Below are positions 55,079 through 64,000 of a stretch of 64,000 nt of DNA, piece after piece. The first letter of the stretch is position 1; each line of letters opens with the position of its first letter. The notes beneath the pieces are model-generated. The model ran no database searches. It worked only from the letters and a program-made list of their open reading frames with translations, and was not told the DNA's origin. This DNA comes from Chrysomallon squamiferum (lineage: Eukaryota; Animalia; Mollusca). The translations under genes and the position numbers were made by a program. The stretch is taken from assembly GCA_012295275.1 (NCBI GenBank), contig CM022672.1, positions 35,340,001 through 35,404,000 on the forward strand. The letters are read 5' to 3'.

Positions 55079-56071
55079 TCACTCACACAAATACACACAT
55101 CAAATCTAAAACAATATTTTAAAAGTCACAAATTTCTTTCTCTCGACTCAAGAAGTGATTTTTAAAAGATTATGTGCTCTGCTGGTAACAACAGAACCTG
55201 ACCCTAAGAGAAAAGTCACACCCTGCACCCCCACCACCCACTGATACATGTTTAGTATCGGCATGGTTACAGTATAATCAGTTTGACCTTCTGACCTCGT
55301 CTCAACTGAAACAACAACGTTGCCATGATATGTCTAGGCTTGTGTCTTCATCAACATTCTAACTACAAACACACTTAACAGGATCCACTTTTTTATATTT
55401 TACTTGTCAGTACCTAGAAATAGCTTTGTCTTTTTATTTTGTGTGTGTGAGTGTTGTGAGTGTGTGTGTGCGTGTTGTTCTTGTTGTTTATTTGTAGTTG
55501 AGGTTATTTTCATAGCTATTGAAAGTTGTGTACAAAAGAATTAATTTTAGATAATCATATATTTTAAAATAAAATAAAATAAATGGCTCAGTTTTTGATA
55601 AATAACAGGTTCATTGCTTTGAAGATAAATCAAAGACAAATGTTCAAGGTTCACACAGAGAAGAACTTGTTTTATAAAACATATTACTGGAGTGTGTTTT
55701 TTTTTGTTAACTGTGGGCTGAACAGATTCTCAGTTATAAATGACGTGCAATAGTAAAGTGTGAATAGAAGCTGCATGTTACTTAAAACTCTTCACAAAGC
55801 TCAACAAGACTCAACCCATCTCACATTTCCAGCATGAAAACACTTCTGTTATTGCAGCGTCTTCTGCCAAATTCAGGGAGGAGTTTTCTGCATCAGCTGA
55901 TGACAGGACTGCATTGTCCATGTTAATGATGCTGCTATGAAAAGTGTAATGTAATATAAGTTTTATTATTAGTTCCTGGCCAATCTAAACATGATGATCT
56001 TTCATGTAAAATATTAAAACATTTTGTGTGGGTGGTAAACAAACAAAACACACACACATACGGATGGACAG

Positions 56072-56117
<46 letters not shown>

Positions 56118-57539
56118 AAACACAAACAGACACACAGAAATTTTAGAACTGGATAAAACATTTAGCTGATATAAAATTTAAGAAATCTGTCGGCACATTT
56201 TGACAGCATGTTACACAGCAAAGTTTCAACTGTGTAATGTTTGTTGTTTGTTGTTTGTTGTTTGTTGTTTGTTGTTTGTTTGTTGTTTGTTGTTTGTTTA
56301 AAAGCCTCCAACCATTCACAGATAAGAACTGAGCAAATCCAACAACAGATGTAAACCTAGATGTCTACTGTGTTATGAAACAAGGATATGCACTCACAAC
56401 AAAAGATTTAAACTGTAGTTACATGTCTGTCCTCAAACACATACACCCACACACACACACATACAGTGTGTCTGTCATTCTTTTCTTTGTATTCAACCGG
56501 CAGTTTAACCATTTAACATTCTTAACCTGCTGTGTAACATTTTTTTAACGTATAAGTTTTTATATATATAAGTTTTCATTTCCAGCTCTGATAACAACAG
56601 GATGCAAATGTACATAACTACGTATTTCATGTCAATATTCTTTTTTTCTTTCCCTTTCTTACATACATTATTTTTCCCATTAATCTTTGTTTCTGTGTGA
56701 CTTTCTACCGCAGTGAGCTATATTTCAGTATGAAACATGTTAAATATGTTTTTATATCAAACGTTTCCTGCTCATTCTTCACAACCTGGACAGACACAGT
56801 TTGTGATGCTTCACCGAATCTTCACAAAAAAAACTCTGCTGTTTTCACAGGCGAGATTTATGAAGGGATTAACTATTGTAAGTTTTGTAATCCATCGTCA
56901 CGCTCCGATTAGCAAGTTAGTGTAACAGTTTCTCTGAGAGGAAACCAACCAGGAAATTCTCCTTGTGGAAAACAGAAGTCTTCTTCTGTATATTTCGTGT
57001 AACAAGTAATATAATTATTACTGTATACTGTATACTTTATTGCTATTATCATTAGTAATATATAGTTAACATAACAAGTAACATTCTTATTACTGTGTAC
57101 TTTATACATTTATAATTATTAGTATTACTGTATAACAAGTAATATTATTATTACTGTATACTGTAATCCTTATCAGTTAAATACAAAAATATATAAAAAT
57201 GTATTTCTATAACCTATACAGTTAGTGTAACAAGTAATACTGAATACATTATTAATAACAATTTAATTAAAAATATAAATAATTCTAAATATTGTTACTG
57301 TTAATTAAAATTATCAGTTTAATTAAAATATAAATATATGTGTATGTATGTAGAAAAGGAAAGAACTCACTTATAAAATGGTTTTAAATCAATATGATTC
57401 ATTTTAGATATTAGTGAAAACAAATTTCATGTGTGAAACTATTGTTATTCAAAGACGTTAGATATTAGCTCAACAATCACTAAATAACAAATAACGATCA
57501 CTAACTGTTAATAACAAACTCTAATACCACATACTGCTG

Positions 57540-57680
57540 ATAAATTCAAACAACAATCACTATTTATAACTAATTCAAATATCAATCAGTATTTATAACT
57601 AATTCAAATAACAATCACTATTTATAACTAATTCAAATATCAATCACTATTTATAACTAATTCAAATATCAATCACTAAC
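57540..57680. repeat. Minisatellite, 29-bp unit, 4-5 copies
   Basis: caatcactatttataactaattcaaatat. Confidence 0.9.
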
Positions 57681-58770
57681 TGTAGATAACAAAAACTCAA
57701 CAGTCTCTAACTGCTGGTGATAAACCTAAATAACAGTAAGTAAAACAGTTGAAAAGAAACACAAATAGGTGACAGGCTACTAAAACAAACCTGAGTGTTT
57801 TTATTTCAGGAAAACTAAAATCACATCAGAAACAATTAATCTGCTGATCAAAAAGTCACTGTGTTAAATCCCTTTTATCCACACACAAAATGTCTCATTG
57901 CTGTTCTTATCTGTGTTTTGTGGTCCTTTAAGATTTGCTGGTCAGTCAGTGGTCATCCTAATTACTGGTCAGTGTGGGTGGTCAGTTGTCTCTTGCAACA
58001 ATGTTTAGAATTTAACTTTTTCTCAGATTAATGAGATTTTTATGAAGTTGATGACATTTTTTTTGTTATTTTTTATTTCATAGACTGCTCTTTAGAAGAC
58101 ATATTACTGAAGTTAGCTTCACATTTATTTTAAACAAATAACCAAATACAGGTCATCATGTAGATGAATTGCAGAAAAATTTTTTAAAAAAAGATTCAGA
58201 CTCCGATTTAATAACAGTTTTTCAAACCTTCATTAAATCTACCAAATACATTTTATTATTATTAAGAATTTTTAAAAAAAATTATATTTTTAATTTCTTC
58301 TATTAATAAGAATTCTTAATTTATCACGATAAATTTTAGATAATTATTATTATAACAAACCTTTTCCTAGGATCGTGTTTTAAATTTATTTAAATGTTTA
58401 AAATCATTGTATCATTGTTGTATCGTGTCAAATTTAATCTTGTTTTAAAGAGTTGAATGTAGCTATGTATCATTGTTGTATCATGTCTAATTTAATCTTG
58501 TGACTGTTTTAAAGAGTTGAATGTAGCTATTTATGGCGCTGTGCAGTAAAGTTCAGGTATTCAGTGATTTGAGACGTTTGTTACATTAAAAATAAGTCAC
58601 TTTGAACTGATAAATAGCTGAAATGAAACCTTAGTTAAACAAATGTTAGACTGTAGTTCAATAAATTGATATAAATGTTGTACATTATATATATATTTTT
58701 TAATAATACATACACACATACATACATGCATATATAATATGTTTGTTTGTGTATGTGTCTCTGTCCATCT

Positions 58771-58812
<42 letters not shown>

Positions 58813-59378
58813 CACAAGTACAACAGTACTACTAACACACAAGAGTTTGAAAATAGCTGAAAACTAAAAAAGACAAGAGAAGAAAAGCGCGTGTACTGAA
58901 ACAAAACAAGTATGTGCAGATTTGCTCAGGTATTGATTCTGGGATCATCTACCTGCAGTCACACCTGAATGCAAACAGAGCCACAGACAATACCCCATTG
59001 TTTGTGCTGTTGTTGACAAAGAAATATTGAAACTAATCATTAATCTGGTTACGTGAAGTAAAAAAAATGTCTGCTATACAATAACATGACGTGACCCATT
59101 TCAGCGACAGCTGCAGTTTTTACATTGTCATGTTTTAGTTTTAAATATTTAGTGTACATTTCTGTTTTAGTTTTTAATATAAATACTTTATTCTTTATCT
59201 GAATGTATAAATGTCTTCTGTAATGAGCTATAATAGTGATTTGAATGCCAAGTTTATGTATGTATGATAAATAAAAATAAATAATTTAAAATTTAGAAAT
59301 TAAATAAATAAGTGTTTTATTGTGAGTATATATATATAAAATGGAAAATTTTGTAGAAAGTAAATAAATAAGTGCTTT

Positions 59379-59415
<37 letters not shown>

Positions 59416-60894
59416 TAAAAAAACTGTATCCTAATGTAAGATATTTGTAATTTATTAAAGTCTATATTTATAAAATATTTTTTGGCAAATGCAAAATTTA
59501 TTTTCCTTTTTTTTTCAGTTTATTTTCTTCATTTTTTTATTTTATTATTTATTAAACAAGTGTTATTTTATACATGTCAAGGAATAAAAATGTATTTGTG
59601 AAGCTTAACAAAATCTTAACATTGTGTGAAATAGTCATTGTGATAAATTTAATGATAAATTGTCAAAAAACATTTGTAAAGAATTCGGTAAACGGATAAT
59701 AAGATAATATTTCAGTACCCCTGTTATTATTATTAACAAGTTTAACTAAAGAAAAGTCTTCTTACAAAATTCTGTCAAACTCTGAAAAGCTCTGCAGATG
59801 TGAACACTCTAATTCATTCCTCATTGTTATCTAAATCTCAGATTTTTATCAACATTTTATTATCCACAGATATTTGTCCACTTTTTTTTTATATTATTAA
59901 TATCTATACTTTAATAACAATAAAGTCTGCGGCTGGAGTTAATTGTGCGGACAAGGCTATTGTTGTGTGCTCTTTTTACATCGTGTGTTAGCAGAGATTA
60001 CAAGCTGAATACAGGGCTGACACTAATGGCCAAGACAAAATTGTTAAACCCTGCAGTTTTTGTAAGCAAGTAGATACTGTCACTGCAGGCTTACAAAGCT
60101 GACTCCCTCCAACAAGTGATTATTAGAGGCTGCTCTGAACTAACAAAATGGCTGTCAGGAGTTGAGATGGACGATGTGATGATGCTGTTTTCCTGGGAAC
60201 TGTCCACGTATTCAAGTGGTCACTCAATGGCAGCTGCTCTTTTCTGGACGCAGGCTGGACAATGCTGGACAATGGAGTCTGCAGAAAGCGACTGTAACCC
60301 TTTGTGCAGTTACGGGGCTTGCTATTGACACTGATGTAAAACAGACGTGAAGACGATGTTTAAGAAAGTCAAGTACGGTTTTCCCAGCAGGTGTCTCCGT
60401 GGCTGATGCACGCTGCAGTGATCCATGTTACCACGGTGGTTAACATCACACAATGCATGTGCACTTCATCTTCACCACAACATCCTCTCATGTTACATAC
60501 ATCAACCACAACGTTGTCCTTTCTCAGTCTTTTCACAGCGTCGGCTTTACTGTTTAATGTTTATGAACGTTTTTGTAAAGAAATAAAACCTGAGAATTTA
60601 TTGTCACTTGACATCTTTACCTCTGAATTCTGTTCTTTTCTTTGAAACTTTATTGGTTTGGAAAGTGGACCAGATATTCCCAGGAGGCAGATCATGATTT
60701 TGTTTAGGATGGATCTTGTAAATCACTGGACATGTTTAACCATCACTGATAACAAAAACCAACATCTTCAGTTTGAAAATCTAAACACTATTTTCTTTTT
60801 TTTACAAATAACAATTTTAAACTAAATAATTAACATTTTCATTAACCTAGCTAGAATAAAGCTGATGTAACAGAGTTATTTGTGAACACAATTG

Positions 60895-60993
60895 AGCTGG
60901 AATGAAGTATAATCTACTTTATTTATGGGCCTAGTCTAGCTGGAATGAAGTATAATCTACTTTATTTATGGGCCTAGTCTAGCTGGAATGAAG
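60895..60993. repeat. Tandem duplication, 44-bp unit x2 plus partial
   Basis: agctggaatgaagtataatctacttttatttatgggcctagtct. Confidence 0.9.
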
Positions 60994-63900
60994 CAGGATC
61001 TATTTTCAGTAGGATGAAGTAGCTGTCACTGTTTTATTTGTGAAGCCAGCTACTTGTGTCACTTTCTCTCTCTCCACTGATCACTGTCATTCGACTCCTC
61101 TCTTCTCTGCCGCCCTCCCCCCCGGCTCTTTCTCCCACCAAACCCTCCACTGAGGTTGCCATTGAGCCTGCTAATGGCCCTGTTAGGCTTCTAGCACCCT
61201 ATTTAGCTGCGATACTCCGCCTATTACACCCAACACTGGTCACCCCCGGGCTATTCACGGGAGGCTGCTTTCAAGGGTGTGTTTGTGTACACTGAGCAGA
61301 TCTGAAAAACTTGTTCACACTGTTTTAGTGAAAGGAGTAATTCTCAGGCTGGGGGGGGGCCTGTCTCCAGGGAATGTCTGCGGTTTTGTCACTAACAAGT
61401 TATTGTAATTCAATTTCGTTTCAAGTCACATTTCTTTGTCTTCCATCTGTCGTATTTTAACTTTTTGTTTTCAAGTTAAAAGTAATCAGAAAAAAATATT
61501 ATTGTTGCTTTTGTGTATTGTTTTACAGTTGTCAAAAAGGAAAAAGAGAAAATATCTGTATTTTATTTAATTTTTCAGTATTTTACTAATAAAACAACAG
61601 GGTAATTTTTTCTTATTAATAATTTAAAGCAAATGAAAAATGTTTAAAAAGAAAAATATTTGTTTTCAAGAAGGAGTAAAACTGATTTTAACAGAACTAA
61701 AACCAAACAAGGTACCTCATTTTATAAAAATTAAAGTTAAATATTTTAAACAGTTTTATAAAATATTATAAAATATCATAAAATATTATAAAATATCATA
61801 AAATATTATAAAACTGTATTAAATGGGGTAACAGGCTATCATTATTATGTATTTTTAAAATTACGTCACCTGATTACTCAACACTGAATCTGAACAATAG
61901 CAACCTAACAATAGTTATGTGAACTGCTACATACATAATGTACATTAATGTAAAATAAACAGGGAAATGATTTGTATGTGTCATATTAAACTTATGTAAG
62001 AGGCAGTTACAAATGATTGATACTTCACTATTGACTTCAGTGCCTTGAAGCCAAACACAGACAGTGACATCTTAATAAAACATCATCAATCACAACATAC
62101 TTACTCCACACAACATACTTACACAATACAACATTTCTACTTCTGTCAACATACAGTAGATTCTAAAATCCCTGAAATATTGTAAGTTCTGTAAAACTAC
62201 AGTATATTCTCAAGATTTTATTCTTCAATGACGTAATATAGTGTGAAAAAAAGTAAATGTTTTAAAAAGAATTACTCAGTGTTAGGTGAAACAGGATAAG
62301 TCATTAAAAATAAGAATTCTGACAGCTTTATTAACACTAAATGGTACAGAAAATAAAGTCATTTAGAATTGAATGGTATATTTCTTTTCTTTAACTGTAT
62401 TTAAAAAAATAAAAATTAATAATAAATAAAAAAATAAAAATAATTTTGTTCTTTTCACTTTTAATTGCAATAAAGCATGCCTTCATGTAGATACATACAC
62501 AGAACACACACACACACACACACAAACAATTAATATATGTGTATGTAACTATTTTATGTCTTAACTATTAAAACTTAAAATCAAAACTGAATTCCTGTAA
62601 AATGTTTAATTGTATCAAAAAATCACTTTAAGAATTTAACCCTGAAGTCTATGAAAACTATCCACCTGACACATTGGTTTATTTGCTGAAACTGCAGTGG
62701 GCTAACTAGATAACTAACTAACTAACTAACTAAATGACTCTGTCTGAAGGACTCAGCTATGAGACTGGTGACAGATTTAATTCATCAAGTGGTTGAGGTG
62801 AAAGACAAACAGTTCAAGAGGATTTCTCAGTAAACAAGATATCAAACCCAGACAGATGGCAGAGAAATCCTGTTACTAAAAAACAAGTGTGTACAGTATG
62901 TGATCTACCACTGATGTATAATGAGCTGTTTAACATTCTCTACAGCTTATTGTTTGTACACTGCCTTCGTGTTGATTGTTCATCCCTCTATTGTCACTGC
63001 TGATAGAAAGCTGGTGATTAGGGTCATCAACAGTTGATCGTGTATATTGATCTGAATAGCCCTTCATCAACGCTCAGTTTCATTCTCATTAAAGCAAGGA
63101 GGACAGTGTCAATACTGCTTTCCCTCGCATGAAAGAGAAACTAACCAGGCAAGACTTTTGTCAACAAACTCAGACATGAAAATCTTTCGGCAATTTCATT
63201 TTTTTATAAGGGCTGGAGGGGAGAGAGTTTTGTCAAAGAAAGCAGTGAAGCCGGAGCTAGGAGAGTGTTTTAAAATTGTGTTTTTAATGAAGCGAAGTCC
63301 TCAGATCTCTCTCACACTTACTGCAGGAAGCAGAACAATGGGAGGTGACTGAAGCAGGATTCTGGTTAATGATACATGAACGTATCTTTCAGTGTGAAAC
63401 CCTCCACGTTTGTAGATGACTGAGTTCTCTGAGGACAGCTCATTATCTCAAGTCCACTCAGAAAGAAAACTTACACAGAAGAAAGTGGTGAACTCAGCTT
63501 TAAAACACTCGTGTTTGTGATATACTCTCATAATTAGTGACACCTGTCTCTGTACAGCTTTCTCCTTCTTCCTGGTCTCAAGTCAGACTAACTTCATTAT
63601 TTTAAAATCTGAATTTAAATTTATTAGACTAAATTCATTATTTCACAGTCTGAACTTAACATTAGAATGACTAACTTCTTCATCTTTGTTTTTACAGTGT
63701 AAATTAAGAGAATAACTAAATTCATTATTTTACAGTCTGAAGTTTCATTATAAGTCTGATTAACTTCATTATTTTATAATCTGAAGTTAACATTATTAGA
63801 CTGACTTCATTATTTTAGTCTGAAGTTATTATTATTATTATTAGTTTTAACATTGGCTCTTTAAGTACTTTTCATCAGATTTTGTCACATGCACATTTTA

Positions 63901-64000
63901 CATATTATAAAATTTTAGAGGAGTAAAGGGTGGAACAGAATATGCAGAAAAGGAACAAAATTCATTTTAGCATCTGCAGCTTTTATACTGCTTTATATTT

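Noticed and set aside
60610-60622. GACATCTTTACCT, complementary to the 3' half of miR-8
   Set aside because: Seed half does not match and no precursor hairpin is evident.

Overview
Animal (very likely invertebrate, possibly molluscan; inference from low GC, extreme microsatellite load and mosaic CpG depletion) nuclear DNA, mostly intronic/intergenic and repeat-rich. Almost all ORFs in the supplied track are microsatellite artefacts. Real coding signal: the last three coding exons of an anaphase-promoting complex subunit 4 (ANAPC4/APC4) gene on the minus strand (22473-22294, 18241-18133, 16078-15836), which splice in frame through GT-AG introns. I found no further upstream APC4 exon, so 22474-64000 appears to be one very large intron. 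Inside it, on the plus strand, sit a core promoter (~46700-46840) and a first exon encoding a 20-aa signal peptide (47135-47194), i.e. a probable nested antisense gene for a secreted or membrane protein. CpG is common left of ~14.4 kb and scarce across the ANAPC4 gene body, except in small islands. Best leads: four perfect, helically phased NF-Y CCAAT boxes written inside the last ANAPC4 coding exon; dense CAGGTA/CAGGTG (ZEB/Snail-type) motif clusters around the nested gene; a nuclear-receptor half-site cluster; and a minisatellite that forms a 350-nt AG-free zone at a splice acceptor. No prokaryotic systems, CRISPR arrays, tRNA/rRNA genes or intact transposase ORFs were seen. All counts and coordinates are by eye; repeat boundaries are approximate.
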